In this document: one piece after another, positions 42,993 to 52,544 of the stretch | How the letters are laid out: each line of letters begins with the position of its first letter | How positions within the stretch are numbered: the stretch's first letter is position 1 | The notes under the pieces: generated by a model | Told to the model about the DNA's origin: nothing | The model's database searches: none | Seen by the model: only the letters and a program-made list of their open reading frames with translations | From: Rhodospirillaceae bacterium | Lineage (GTDB): Bacteria; Pseudomonadota; Gammaproteobacteria; Steroidobacterales; Rariloculaceae | Assembly (NCBI GenBank): GCA_037445815.1 | Contig: JBBIJV010000001.1 | Location: forward strand, 8,750 to 72,749 | Length of the DNA: 64,000 bases | Direction: 5' to 3' | Position numbers and translations under genes: made by a program

Positions 42993-45900
42993 CTATGGAA
43001 TCAGCGCGGCCGCGACGGCGTTCATGTCGTTGATCGACGCACGCTCGGCCGCGCGCTCACGCGCATGCCCCGCGAGCCGCTGCACGAGCCAGTAGAACAC
43101 CGGCGTCAGCACGAGGCCGAAGACGGTGACACCGATCATGCCGGAGAACACGGCCACGCCCATCGCGTTGCGCATCTCGGCACCGGCGCCATGCGCCAGC
43201 ACGAGCGGCACGACGCCGGCGGTGAACGCGATCGACGTCATCAGAATGGGCCGCAACCGCAAACGCGCGGCGTCGATAATCGCCTCCCACGTGCTCGCGC
43301 CGGCTTGCTCGCGCGTACGCGCGAACTCGACGATCAAGATCGCGTTCTTCGCAGCGAGGCCCACGAGAACGATGAGTCCGATCTGCGTGAAGATGTTGTT
43401 GTCGCTGCCCGCGAGCCAGACGCCCGCGATCGCGGAAAGCAGCGTCATCGGCACGATCAAGATCACCACGAGCGGCAGCGTCAGGCTTTCGTAGAGCGCC
43501 GCGAGCACGAGGAACACGAGCAGCACGGAGATCGGGAATACCCAGACGCCCGCGTTGCCGGCGATCTGCTTCTGATACGTGAGCTCCGTCCACTCGGCGT
43601 GCATGCCGTTCGGCAGCATGGTTTCCGTGAGCCCAGCGATCAGCGCCTCGGCCTGGCCCGACGAGTAGCCCGGCGCCGGCCCGCCGTTGATCTCGGCGGA
43701 CGGATAGCCGTTGTAGTGCATGACGCGGTCGGGTCCCGCGGTCTGCTCGAGCGAGACGAACGAGCCGAGCGGCACCATCTCGCCCGAGTTGTTGCGTACC
43801 TTCAGCGAGCGGATGTCCTCGGGCTCGAGGCGGAACGCCATGTCCGCCTGCGCGTTCACCTGATACGTGCGCCCGAAGCGGTTGAAGTCGTTCACGTAGA
43901 GCGAGCCGAGGTATACCTGCATCGTGTCGAAGATCTCGGAGAGCGGCACGCCCTGCGCCATCGCCTTGTCGCGGTCGACGTCGGCGCGCACTTGCGGCAC
44001 ATTCACCTGGTAGCTCGAGAAGAGTCCCGTGAGGCCCGGCGTCTGCCAGCCCGCGCCGACGATCTTCTGCGTCTCCTCGTACAGAGCCTCGTAGCCAAGG
44101 CCCGCGCGGTCCTCGATCTGGAGCTTGAAGCCGCCGATCGTGGAGAGGCCCTGGATCGGCGGCGGCGGGAAAATCGCGATGTACGCGTCTTGGATTGCCG
44201 CGAACTTCCGGTTCAGCGAGGCCGCGATCTCGTTCGCGGAGCGCGTCTTCTCGAAGTTCGGATCCTCGAAGTCGCGCAGCGCGACGAACGCGATGCCGAC
44301 GTTCGGGGCATTGACGAACCCGTTCACGGACAAGCCGGGGAACGCCACTGAATGCGCGACGCCGGGCTCGTCCAGCATGATGTCCGTCATGCGGCGAATG
44401 ACGTCCTCGGTGCGATCGAGCGTCGCGGCCTCCGGCAGCTGCGCGAACGCGACGAGGTACTCCTTGTCCTGCTGCGGGATGAAGCCCTGCGGCACGCTGT
44501 TGAAGCCGAGCCACGTCACGCCGATGAGGCCGACGTAGACGATCGCGGCCGCGGCGGCGCGCTTCAGCGTCTTGCCCGTGAGCCAGACGTAGCGCTCGGC
44601 GAGCCGCTCGAACACGCGGTTGAAGGGGCCGATCGCCCAGCCGAAGGCGAAATCGATACCGCGCTGGAACCGATCCGCCGGCGCGCCGTGCGGCTTCAGC
44701 AGCAGAGCCGCGAGCGCCGGCGACAGAGTGAGCGAGTTGACGGCCGAGATCACGGTGCTGATCGCGATCGTGAGCGCGAACTGCCCGTAGAACTGCCCGG
44801 AGAGGCCGCTGATGAACGCCGTCGGCACGAACACGGCGATCAAGACGGCCGAGATCGCGATGATCGGGCTCGTGACCTCCTTCATGGCCTGCTTCGCCGC
44901 TGCGAGCGGCGCGAGGCCGCGCGCGATGTTGCGCTCCACGTTCTCGACCACGACGATCGCGTCGTCGACGACGATGCCGATCGCGAGCACGAGGCCGAAC
45001 AGCGACAACGCGTTCAGCGAGAAGCCCAAGAGGTGCATCACGGCGAGCGTGCCGACGAGCGACACGGGCACGGCCGCGAGCGGAATTATCGACGCGCGCC
45101 ACGTGCGCAAAAACAGCACGACGACGAGCACGACGAGCATCAGCGCCTCGAACAGCGTATGGACGACGGCGCTGATCGACTCGCGCACGAACACGGTCGG
45201 GTCGTAGACGATGCGGTAGTCGACGCCCTCGGGGAAGTCCTGCTTGAGCTCCTCCATCTTGGCGCGGACCCGGTTCGAGACCTCGATCGCGTTGCTCGAG
45301 CCCGGCTGTTGATAGACGGGGATCGCGACGGCCGGCTCGTTGTCGAGCAGCGAGCGCAGCGCGTAGGTGCTCGCGCCGAGCTCGACGCGCGCGACGTCCT
45401 TGAGCCGCGTGATCTGGCCGCGATCGCCGCTCTTGACGACGATGTTCTCGAACTCTTCCTCGGTGACGAGCCTACCCTGCGTATCGACGAGAATCTGGAA
45501 CTGCGCTGCGCTCGGCGCCGGCGGGCTGCCCAGCTGACCGGCGGCGACTTGCACGTTCTGCTCGCGAATCGCACGCACGACGTCGGTCGGCGTCAGGTTC
45601 AGCGCGGCGACCTTCTCCGGATCGAGCCACACGCGCATCGAGTACTCGCCGGCGCCGAACACCTGCGCGTCGCCGACGCCGTCGAGCCGCCGCAGCTCGT
45701 CGCGCACGCGCAGCGTGGCGTAGTTCGACAAATACAGCATGTCGTAGCGGTTGTCGGGCGACACCAGGTGCACCACGAGCGTGAAGTCGGGCAACGACTT
45801 CTCCGTGACGACGCCGAGCCGCTGCGTGACCTCGGGCAGCTTCGGCAGCGCCTGCGCGACGCGGTTCTGCACGAGCACCTGCGCCTGGTCGAGATCCGTG

Positions 45901-46196
45901 CCCAGCTCGAACGTGACGTTCAGCGTCATCAAGCCGTCGGCCGTCGACTGCGAGGACGTGTACAGCATGTCCTCCACGCCGCTGATCGCCTGCTCGAGCG
46001 GCGACGCCACCGTCTCCGCGATCACCTGCGGATTCGCGCCCGGATACATCGCGCGCACGACGACGGTGGGCGGAACCACCTCCGGGTACTCGCTGATCGG
46101 CAGGAGCCGCAGCGACAGCGCGCCGGCGATGAAAACGATCGCCGACAGAACGCCGGCGAAAATCGGCCGCTCGATGAAAAATTGCGAGAACTTCAT
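42993..46196 (-). CDS. Multidrug RND efflux permease (AcrB/MexB-like, HAE1)
   Basis: The start is set at ATG 46196 (MKFSQFFIERPIFAGVLSAIVFIAGALSL). It has LAIGIVVDDAIVVVENVERN and 12 TM segments, for about 1067 aa. The 35 upstream codons of the track ORF are Arg-rich shadow. Confidence 0.92.
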   Translation of the reverse strand: MKFSQFFIERPIFAGVLSAIVFIAGALSLRLLPISEYPEVVPPTVVVRAMYPGANPQVIAETVASPLEQAISGVEDMLYTSSQSTADGLMTLNVTFELGTDLDQAQVLVQNRVAQALPKLPEVTQRLGVVTEKSLPDFTLVVHLVSPDNRYDMLYLSNYATLRVRDELRRLDGVGDAQVFGAGEYSMRVWLDPEKVAALNLTPTDVVRAIREQNVQVAAGQLGSPPAPSAAQFQILVDTQGRLVTEEEFENIVVKSGDRGQITRLKDVARVELGASTYALRSLLDNEPAVAIPVYQQPGSSNAIEVSNRVRAKMEELKQDFPEGVDYRIVYDPTVFVRESISAVVHTLFEALMLVVLVVVLFLRTWRASIIPLAAVPVSLVGTLAVMHLLGFSLNALSLFGLVLAIGIVVDDAIVVVENVERNIARGLAPLAAAKQAMKEVTSPIIAISAVLIAVFVPTAFISGLSGQFYGQFALTIAISTVISAVNSLTLSPALAALLLKPHGAPADRFQRGIDFAFGWAIGPFNRVFERLAERYVWLTGKTLKRAAAAAIVYVGLIGVTWLGFNSVPQGFIPQQDKEYLVAFAQLPEAATLDRTEDVIRRMTDIMLDEPGVAHSVAFPGLSVNGFVNAPNVGIAFVALRDFEDPNFEKTRSANEIAASLNRKFAAIQDAYIAIFPPPPIQGLSTIGGFKLQIEDRAGLGYEALYEETQKIVGAGWQTPGLTGLFSSYQVNVPQVRADVDRDKAMAQGVPLSEIFDTMQVYLGSLYVNDFNRFGRTYQVNAQADMAFRLEPEDIRSLKVRNNSGEMVPLGSFVSLEQTAGPDRVMHYNGYPSAEINGGPAPGYSSGQAEALIAGLTETMLPNGMHAEWTELTYQKQIAGNAGVWVFPISVLLVFLVLAALYESLTLPLVVILIVPMTLLSAIAGVWLAGSDNNIFTQIGLIVLVGLAAKNAILIVEFARTREQAGASTWEAIIDAARLRLRPILMTSIAFTAGVVPLVLAHGAGAEMRNAMGVAVFSGMIGVTVFGLVLTPVFYWLVQRLAGHARERAAERASINDMNAVAAALIP

Positions 46197-46206
46197 GATC
46201 CGTACC

Positions 46207-47400
46207 TCAGAACGCAGCGTTGACCGACGCTTCGCTCGCTTCGATCTCGAGGCGCGCGAGCGCAGGCGATTCGTCGTCGATGTCGACTCTCGTCTGCGCA
46301 ACGCTCACGCCGGGGCGCACGCGCTGCAGGCCGTTGACGATGACCACGTCGCCGGCCGTAAGGCCGCTGCGCACGACGCGCAAACCGTCCACGAGCCGGC
46401 CGGTCTCGACGGGTCTGTACTGAACGACGCCCTGTTCGTCGACTACGAACACGAAGCGCTTGCCGAGATCGGTGCCGATCGCGCGGTCGTCGACGAGCGC
46501 CGCGCGGTAGCTCGATGGGCTCACGAGCTTCATGCGCGCGAACAGGCCCGGCGTGAACCGCCCGTCGCGGTTGTCGAGCACGGCGCGCGCACGAATCGTG
46601 CCGTGCTCCGGGTCGACCTGGTTGTCGACGAAGTCGAGCTGCGCGACGTGCGGATAGCCTTCTTCGTTGATGAGGCCGACGTGCACGACGCTGCGTTCCG
46701 CGGCGTTCGGCTGCAGCACGTGATCGAGATAGGTTTGCTCGTCGACCTCGAAGTACGCGTACACGGCGTCGTCGGAGACGATGGTCGTCAGCACGACGGA
46801 CGCGTCGACCAAGTTGCCGGCCGTCACGATCGCGCGCGACACGCGGCCCGCGATCGGTGCGGTGACGCGAGTGAACGAGAGGTCGAGCTCGGCCTTCTCG
46901 AGCGCCGCGTTGATCGCGGCGAGTTGCGCCGCCGCGACGCTCGCGTCGGCGGCGTTGCGCTCGAACTCCTCTTTCGACGTGGCGTTGTTCGCGAGCAAGC
47001 GCTCGGCGCGGTCGCGATAGGACTTGGCGAGCTCGAGCTCTGCCCGCGCGCGCTCGCGCTCGGCCTTCAAGCGGTCGACTTCCGCCTTGAACGGCCGCGG
47101 ATCGATTTGATACAAGAGGTCGCCTGCCGCTACGCGCCCGCCTTCGGAGAAGTGCACGGACTCCACGTAGCCGCCGACACGGGGCCTGATCTCGACGCTT
47201 TCCGTAGCCTCGAGACGGCCCGTGAAATCGGCCCAGTCGTGGAGCTCGCGGACGGCCACTTCGGCCGTCGTCACTTCCGGCGCCGGCGGAGCCGGTGGGG
47301 GGTTGCCCGCTTCGCCGACGCTGCAAGCGACGAGCGCGAGCGGCAGGACGAGCGAAAAGAGACCTGAAACCGTACGGCCCTGAATCCTGGTAGGCGACAT
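46207..47400 (-). CDS. RND efflux periplasmic adaptor lipoprotein (AcrA/MexA-like)
   Basis: 397 aa. The lipobox is LALVAC. It carries GRLEATESVEIRPRVGGYVESVHFSEGGRVAAGDLLYQIDPRPF and LSFTRVTAPIAGRVSR. Confidence 0.9.
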   Translation of the reverse strand: MSPTRIQGRTVSGLFSLVLPLALVACSVGEAGNPPPAPPAPEVTTAEVAVRELHDWADFTGRLEATESVEIRPRVGGYVESVHFSEGGRVAAGDLLYQIDPRPFKAEVDRLKAERERARAELELAKSYRDRAERLLANNATSKEEFERNAADASVAAAQLAAINAALEKAELDLSFTRVTAPIAGRVSRAIVTAGNLVDASVVLTTIVSDDAVYAYFEVDEQTYLDHVLQPNAAERSVVHVGLINEEGYPHVAQLDFVDNQVDPEHGTIRARAVLDNRDGRFTPGLFARMKLVSPSSYRAALVDDRAIGTDLGKRFVFVVDEQGVVQYRPVETGRLVDGLRVVRSGLTAGDVVIVNGLQRVRPGVSVAQTRVDIDDESPALARLEIEASEASVNAAF

Positions 47401-47487
47401 ACAAAATCCTTTTCAGTCAGATGGTTGTTCGTCTTGCGACCGAATCGGGATGGCACCGCTCGAGCACTCGCCTATTGCTGACTCGAG

Positions 47488-47542
47488 TGTTACTATACCG
47501 TTCAGTAACACCATGGGCCGGTACGATACTTACCGGTAAGTA
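47488..47542. promoter_or_regulatory. Two palindromes in the tetR / efflux-operon divergent intergenic region (candidate TetR operators)
   Basis: TGTTACT-n9-AGTAACA lies at 47488-47510. The perfect 16-bp palindrome TACTTACCGGTAAGTA lies at 47527-47542, ending 2 nt before the tetR ATG. Both share a GTAAG/GTAAC core. Confidence 0.5.
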
Positions 47543-47544
47543 AC

Positions 47545-48189
47545 ATGTCAACACCCGAGTTGAAAGTTTCTTCTCACTCGTCGCCGTTCACCGCGACGGG
47601 GCAATGCGGTTCGAACGCCTGCGCACGCGACCGACTCTTCAGCGCCGCGATCAACCTCTTCTATCGGCACGGTATCCGTCCCGTCAGCGTCGACGCGATC
47701 GCCGCCGAAGCCGGCACGACGAAGGTCACGTTCTATCGCGTGTTCGAATCGAAGGACGATCTCGTCGTCCAGGTGCTCGAGGAGCAGTCGAAGCGGTTCT
47801 GGGAATGGTGGGATGCGATCGTCGCCGAGCATCCCGGCGCGCCGCGCAAGCAGATCGAAGCGCTCGTCGAGCGCTTTCGCAACGACATCATCGGCGACGA
47901 AGAATGTCGCGGCTGCGCGGTCGGCAACGCCGCCATCGAGATCGAAGAGGATCATCCCGCGCGCGCCGTGATCAAGCGGCACAAGCTCGAGATCGCGCAT
48001 CGCTTGCGCGAGCTCTGTCGGCAGATGGGCGCGCGCCAGCCCGACGTGCTCGGCGACGCGCTGAGCCTGCTCTTCAGCGGCGCGTTCGCCGCGCGGCTCA
48101 CCTACGACGGCCGCGAGCAGATCGCCAACGTGTCGGCGGCAGCCATCGCGCTGCTCGACTCGCCGGCGCTCGGCGCGCCGCAGAGCTGA
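47545..48189 (+). CDS. TetR/AcrR family transcriptional regulator
   Basis: 214 aa. The HTH reads RDRLFSAAINLFYRHGIRPVSVDAIAAEAGTTKVTFYRVFESKDDLV. It is divergent from the MFP-RND-NodT operon. Confidence 0.85.
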   Translation: MSTPELKVSSHSSPFTATGQCGSNACARDRLFSAAINLFYRHGIRPVSVDAIAAEAGTTKVTFYRVFESKDDLVVQVLEEQSKRFWEWWDAIVAEHPGAPRKQIEALVERFRNDIIGDEECRGCAVGNAAIEIEEDHPARAVIKRHKLEIAHRLRELCRQMGARQPDVLGDALSLLFSGAFAARLTYDGREQIANVSAAAIALLDSPALGAPQS

Positions 48190-48207
48190 CGCGCCGAGGA
48201 GCGTCGG

Positions 48208-48702
48208 TTAGCGGCCGTTGTACGCGGCCGCGAGCTTCTCGATATCGAACTTCACCTGCCGCAGCATTTCATCGGCCGCGCGCTTCGCCTTCGTTCGATC
48301 CTTGTCGGTAAGCATCTCGCCGAGCACCCTCGGCGAGATCTGCCAGCGAAGGCCGTATTTGTCGATGATCCACCCGCACGCCTGCGGCTTCCCGCCATTC
48401 TCGAGGATCGCGTTCCAGTAGCGATCGAGCTCTTCCTGCGAGTCGCAGTTCACGAGGAACGAGACGGCGTCGTTGAACGAATCGTGCTTCCCGGCACTGA
48501 TGGCCATGAACGCCTGGTCGCAGAGCGTGAACTCGACGACGGCGACCGAGCCCGCGGGCCCGCTCGGCGACTCGGTGGGCAACGTCGTGACACGGTCGAC
48601 GCGCGAATTGGGGAACACGCTGGCATAGAACCGCGCGGCCTCTTCAGCCTCGCTCACGTACCACAGGTGCGGAACGATCTTTTGAACACTGGACTGGCTC
48701 AT
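48208..48702 (-). CDS. VOC-superfamily protein (PhnB / 3-demethylubiquinone methyltransferase-like domain)
   Basis: 164 aa from ATG 48702 inside track ORF 48208..49038. It carries IVPHLWYVSEAEEAARFYASVFPNS...VEFTLCDQAFMAISAG...DRYWNAILENGGKPQACGWIIDKYGLRWQI. Confidence 0.8.
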   Translation of the reverse strand: MSQSSVQKIVPHLWYVSEAEEAARFYASVFPNSRVDRVTTLPTESPSGPAGSVAVVEFTLCDQAFMAISAGKHDSFNDAVSFLVNCDSQEELDRYWNAILENGGKPQACGWIIDKYGLRWQISPRVLGEMLTDKDRTKAKRAADEMLRQVKFDIEKLAAAYNGR

Positions 48703-48938
48703 GACGGTATCTCTCGGTTGAGTGGAACGACGTTTTGCCTTGGGATCGCCTCGCAGCGGATCCGACGGCCTACGTGCTTTTGTCGAACGTGCACAACCGA
48801 ATTCGACACCCGAGCTCAAACGCCGGCGGGCCGTTCTACGCCGCGCGAGCCATACGTCCCCACGACGTGGGGTGCGAAAGGAATGTCCTCCGTTCGCCCA
48901 GATAGGCCCGTTGACGGCGGCCTCGGCGGACACGATGA

Positions 48939-48957
48939 TTGTTGAAACTTTCAACAA
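48939..48957. promoter_or_regulatory. 19-bp palindrome upstream of vapB (candidate operator)
   Basis: TTGTTGAAA-c-TTTCAACAA has perfect 9-bp arms and ends 12 nt before ATG 48970. Confidence 0.45.
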
Positions 48958-48969
48958 CTCGAGCATCCC

Positions 48970-49203
48970 ATGGCCATCGTCAACTTCAGTGTGCCCGATG
49001 ACGTAAAGAAGGCATTTGACAAGACGTTCAAAGGTCAAAACAAGAGCGCTGTCATCGCCGAGCTCATGCGGCGAGCCGTAACGGAGGCGGAGCGCACCAA
49101 GCGCCGCGCTGAGCTGTTCCGGCGGCTGACGGACGATCGACGCCGGCGGCCGAGCGTCGGCGAGGAGGTGGCCCGAAGAGCACGGGCAGCCGGCAGGCCG
49201 TGA
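48970..49203 (+). CDS. vapB: Ribbon-helix-helix-like antitoxin (VapB-type)
   Basis: 77 aa. MAIVNFSVPDDVKKAFDKTFKGQNKSAVIAELMRRAV forms a beta-strand plus helix N terminus. It overlaps the PIN gene by 4 nt (GTGA). Confidence 0.65.
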   Translation: MAIVNFSVPDDVKKAFDKTFKGQNKSAVIAELMRRAVTEAERTKRRAELFRRLTDDRRRRPSVGEEVARRARAAGRP

Positions 49204-49628
49204 CCCTCGTCGTCGACGCCAGCGTCGTCGTGAAGTGGCTGCTCGCGGATCCAGACCGCGAGGACGATACCAATCAAGCCGAGCGCCTCATGGCTTTTGT
49301 GCTGGGCGGAGGCGAAGCCATTCTTCAGCCCGCGCACTGGTTGATCGAGGTTAGCGCCGTGCTCGCGCGCATGAGCCCCGTCACCGCCGTTGACGACGTC
49401 GAGCGATTGCAGGCACTCGAGCTTCCGATCGCCGACGGAGCCGCCGTGCTCGCGCGCGCTTGCCGACTCGCGATCGACCTCGAGCAACACCTGTTCGACA
49501 CGCTGTATCACGCGGTCGCGCTCGAGATACCCAGCGCGATGCTCGTGACGGCCGACGAGAAGTATCTGGCCGCGAGTGCCCGTCTCGGCAGCATCATGCC
49601 GCTCGCCGAGTGGGCGCCTCCGCGCTAG
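49200..49628 (+). CDS. vapC: PIN-domain toxin VapC
   Basis: 142 aa. It has LVVDASVVVKWLL (first acidic residue), FDTLYHAVAL and LVTADEKY. The start codon is GTG. Confidence 0.8.
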   Translation: MTLVVDASVVVKWLLADPDREDDTNQAERLMAFVLGGGEAILQPAHWLIEVSAVLARMSPVTAVDDVERLQALELPIADGAAVLARACRLAIDLEQHLFDTLYHAVALEIPSAMLVTADEKYLAASARLGSIMPLAEWAPPR

Positions 49629-51904
49629 AACCGGAACGTGTAGCTCGCCTTCGCGACGACATCGCTCGTGAGCGAATGGAAGCGGTTGTCCTCGTCGAAG
49701 TCCTGGAGGTTGTGGTTGATGACGAAAAAGAGCTCGCGTCCGGCCTCGGGAATCCAGTTCAGGCGCAGGTTGAGCCCCATGACCTCGCTGACGTTGTCGT
49801 ACTGAATCAGGTTCGTCCACGACAGCTTCGACGAGAACACGACGTCGAACGTCGTGTTCAAGATGCGCGCCGAAAACTTGCCGCCGGGGATCGGCAGGTC
49901 GATCTCCTGGATGTTGAAGCCGACGCCCGTGCGAAAGCGCGGTGACGCCGCCCACGTGAAGCTGCCGAACGTGCGCACGCGGCCGCCGTTGTAGAAGCCG
50001 CCGTCCGTTCGCGCAATGCGCCCCGAGAACCGGCGGTGCGCCGAGAAGCCGAACTCGATGCCGTGATCCGTGAACGAGTATTCGCCGGCGGGAATGAACA
50101 CGTTCGGCCGGATCTCGAACGGCACGTCGAGCACCTCCTTTTCGAAGTTCGAGCGCAAGTAAAGCATGTCGTTCCGGCGCGTGTGCGCCTGAAGCGGCGT
50201 GAGCCCGATCTGCTGCGACTGCAACTGCCCGTCGAGGCTTTCGATGCGCTGACCGTCGAGATTGAAGAACAGCGACTGCCAACGGCCGGTGGCCGGCCGG
50301 TGCGTGTAGGCGATCTGCCCCGCGTAGTCGCGCACGTCCGTGCGGCTCGTGAAACCGAGCGCGGGATAAAAGTTCGCCTCGACGCGCCGCATGGAGAACG
50401 CGCCGCGGAGCTTGTTGTTGCTCGGAATCGAGAACCCCAGTCCTGCCGCGCCGTCGTCGCCGTCGGGCTTGAACGGATTCGGCACCTCTCCGGGCAGCCA
50501 CTCGGTGTCCGTGGTTTGATACCATGCGCCGGCCTCGATCGTGCGGCCGCCCGGCAAGCGCGAGTTGCGATAGAGCACGTCGAACCCCGCGAGCGAGTTG
50601 TCGCGTGGATGAAGCGGATCGCCGTCCGTGAACACCATACCGACGGTCGATTCGCTGCCGATGCCGGCCTTCGCGCGCACGACCGAAAGCGTCGTCTCGT
50701 CCACGACGGCGAGAGGGTTGTCGTCCTGGCGGATCGACAGCGCGCCGAGCTCGAACCGCCCGGCGCGCCCGCTGATCTTGCCGCCGTAGTTGAGGTCGAC
50801 GGGCTCGCCGAACGCGCCGAGACCGATGCGGCGCGAGAAGAACGGCCGCGCGTTCTGCCGCTCGGCATTGCTCAAGGCGCCCGTGCCGTCCGACGCGCCG
50901 ATCCGTCCGAACTCGAAGATGTCGGCCTCGCGCAGGAAGAAGTCGCGCTTCTCGGGGAAGAACAAACCGAAGCGCGTGAGGTTCACCTGACGGTCGTCGA
51001 CCTCGGTCGCCGAGAAGTCCGTGTTGAACGTCAGCGAGGCGTTCAGCTGCGGTGTGAGCTTGTAGAAGAGATCCAGAGACGGCTCGAAGTCGTCGTCCGA
51101 CGCGTCTAGATCGGGCTCGACGACGACGGTGGACGGGTCGTCGGTGTTCAGCACGCGCCGCTTCACCAGACTGGCGCTCGGCACGATGTCGAGCCCGATG
51201 CCTTGATTCAATCCCGACAAGCCCGTCATTCGGCCGGCCGTGCTCGGATCCCAGCGCCGGTTCCGCGAGACCCACGCCATGTCCTCGTTGCGCGTCTCGA
51301 GGCTGCGCGAAAAGTTGAGGCCCCACGCGTCGCTCGACGGATCGAACGACAGCGACTTGAACGGGATCTCGTACTCGGCCGTCCACCCTCGGTCGAAACG
51401 CTGCGTGGCGGCGAACCAGATGCTGTCCCAGTCGCTGTAGTACTCCGACACGTTGCGATACAGACCGTCGAACCGCACTCCGTGCGCGTTCAAGCCGAAG
51501 AAGTAGCCGCCGCGCTGCGTGTTGAAGGGGTCGAGCGTCACGAACAGCGTGTCTTCCTGCGTGATCGAAGCGCCCTGGCGCATCACGTTCGCCGTGATCT
51601 CGCCCGGCGGCGTGTAGATGCGCGCGCCGACGTAGAGCGCATCGTCGTCGTAGAGCAAATAGATCTCGGTGCGCTCCGACGGCGGGGCGTATTCCACGGG
51701 GTTCACCTGATGCAAGTCGTCGATCCGGGCCGCGTTGGCCCAGGCCGCGTCGTCGAGCGCGCCGTCGATGACGGGACGCACCGCCGCGCGCGCGATCTGC
51801 ACCGTCTTCCGACCCGGGTCGCGCAACGCGGCGTCCTGGGCGGCCGCCGCGCAGTGGAATGCCGCAAGTGCGACGGCAGCGGTCGCGGCGCTCGCAAGTC
51901 TCAT
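49625..51904 (-). CDS. Outer-membrane protein with an N-terminal CBM9-like domain and a DUF5916-like beta-barrel
   Basis: The start is set at ATG 51904 (MRLASAATAAVALAAFHCAAAAQD). It carries RPVIDGALDDAAWANAARIDDLHQVNP, DRGWTAEYEIPFKSLSF and WGLNFSR, then a long beta-rich region ending ASYTFRF. It shares the palindromic CTAG at 49625-49628 as its stop codon with vapC on the other strand. Confidence 0.75.
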   Translation of the reverse strand: MRLASAATAAVALAAFHCAAAAQDAALRDPGRKTVQIARAAVRPVIDGALDDAAWANAARIDDLHQVNPVEYAPPSERTEIYLLYDDDALYVGARIYTPPGEITANVMRQGASITQEDTLFVTLDPFNTQRGGYFFGLNAHGVRFDGLYRNVSEYYSDWDSIWFAATQRFDRGWTAEYEIPFKSLSFDPSSDAWGLNFSRSLETRNEDMAWVSRNRRWDPSTAGRMTGLSGLNQGIGLDIVPSASLVKRRVLNTDDPSTVVVEPDLDASDDDFEPSLDLFYKLTPQLNASLTFNTDFSATEVDDRQVNLTRFGLFFPEKRDFFLREADIFEFGRIGASDGTGALSNAERQNARPFFSRRIGLGAFGEPVDLNYGGKISGRAGRFELGALSIRQDDNPLAVVDETTLSVVRAKAGIGSESTVGMVFTDGDPLHPRDNSLAGFDVLYRNSRLPGGRTIEAGAWYQTTDTEWLPGEVPNPFKPDGDDGAAGLGFSIPSNNKLRGAFSMRRVEANFYPALGFTSRTDVRDYAGQIAYTHRPATGRWQSLFFNLDGQRIESLDGQLQSQQIGLTPLQAHTRRNDMLYLRSNFEKEVLDVPFEIRPNVFIPAGEYSFTDHGIEFGFSAHRRFSGRIARTDGGFYNGGRVRTFGSFTWAASPRFRTGVGFNIQEIDLPIPGGKFSARILNTTFDVVFSSKLSWTNLIQYDNVSEVMGLNLRLNWIPEAGRELFFVINHNLQDFDEDNRFHSLTSDVVAKASYTFRF

Positions 51905-52065
51905 TCGATTTCTGATTGCCCGCTCAAGAGAGCGCGAACGATACCCGAAAGACGTCATCGACGGCGCGGACGTCGGCAGCACCGCGCTGGATTTTCTTGA
52001 AGCGATTGCCGATCCGGGAGCGAAGCAGGTACAACAGCCAATACCCACACTCCTGGAGAGCCGCC

Positions 52066-52500
52066 GTGCTGGCGCGCGACCTGTTGATCCGTATGTGCCG
52101 CGCGCGGGCGGCCCTGCTCGACGTCGATGCCGATGTGACCGTGGCCTCGCTTGCCAGGGCCAGCCGGCTCTCGCGCTCGCAGTTCATCTCGAGATATCGA
52201 GCGGCATTCGGCGACACTCCGCACCAGACGCGGATTCGCGCGCGTGTCGAGCGCGCACGCTGGCTGCTCGCCACGAGCCGCCTCACCGTCACCGAGGTCT
52301 GCATGGCCGTCGGCTTTTCGAGCCTCGGCAGCTTCAGCCGGCTGTTTCGGCTGCGTTGCGGCGAGTCGCCGTCGACGTTTCGATCCCGGCTGGCCGGCCT
52401 CGCCGAAGGCCCGCGCGCGGCAAGCGTGGCGCCTCATTGCCTGCCGCTGCTCACGGCGGCGTGGCGTGCGCCGTCGTACTTTTCGAGAAGCGCTCGCTAG
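52066..52500 (+). CDS. AraC-type HTH transcriptional regulator (short form)
   Basis: GTG 52066 is preceded by GGAGAG, inside track ORF 51916..52500. It carries VASLARASRLSRSQFISRYRAAFGDTPHQTRIRARVERARWLLATSRLTVTEVCMAVGFSSLGSFSRLFRLRCGESPS. Confidence 0.7.
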   Translation: MLARDLLIRMCRARAALLDVDADVTVASLARASRLSRSQFISRYRAAFGDTPHQTRIRARVERARWLLATSRLTVTEVCMAVGFSSLGSFSRLFRLRCGESPSTFRSRLAGLAEGPRAASVAPHCLPLLTAAWRAPSYFSRSAR

Positions 52501-52544
52501 AGTCGGCGGCTAGAGTCGAAGAGCCGATTCACTAGGAAGACGCC

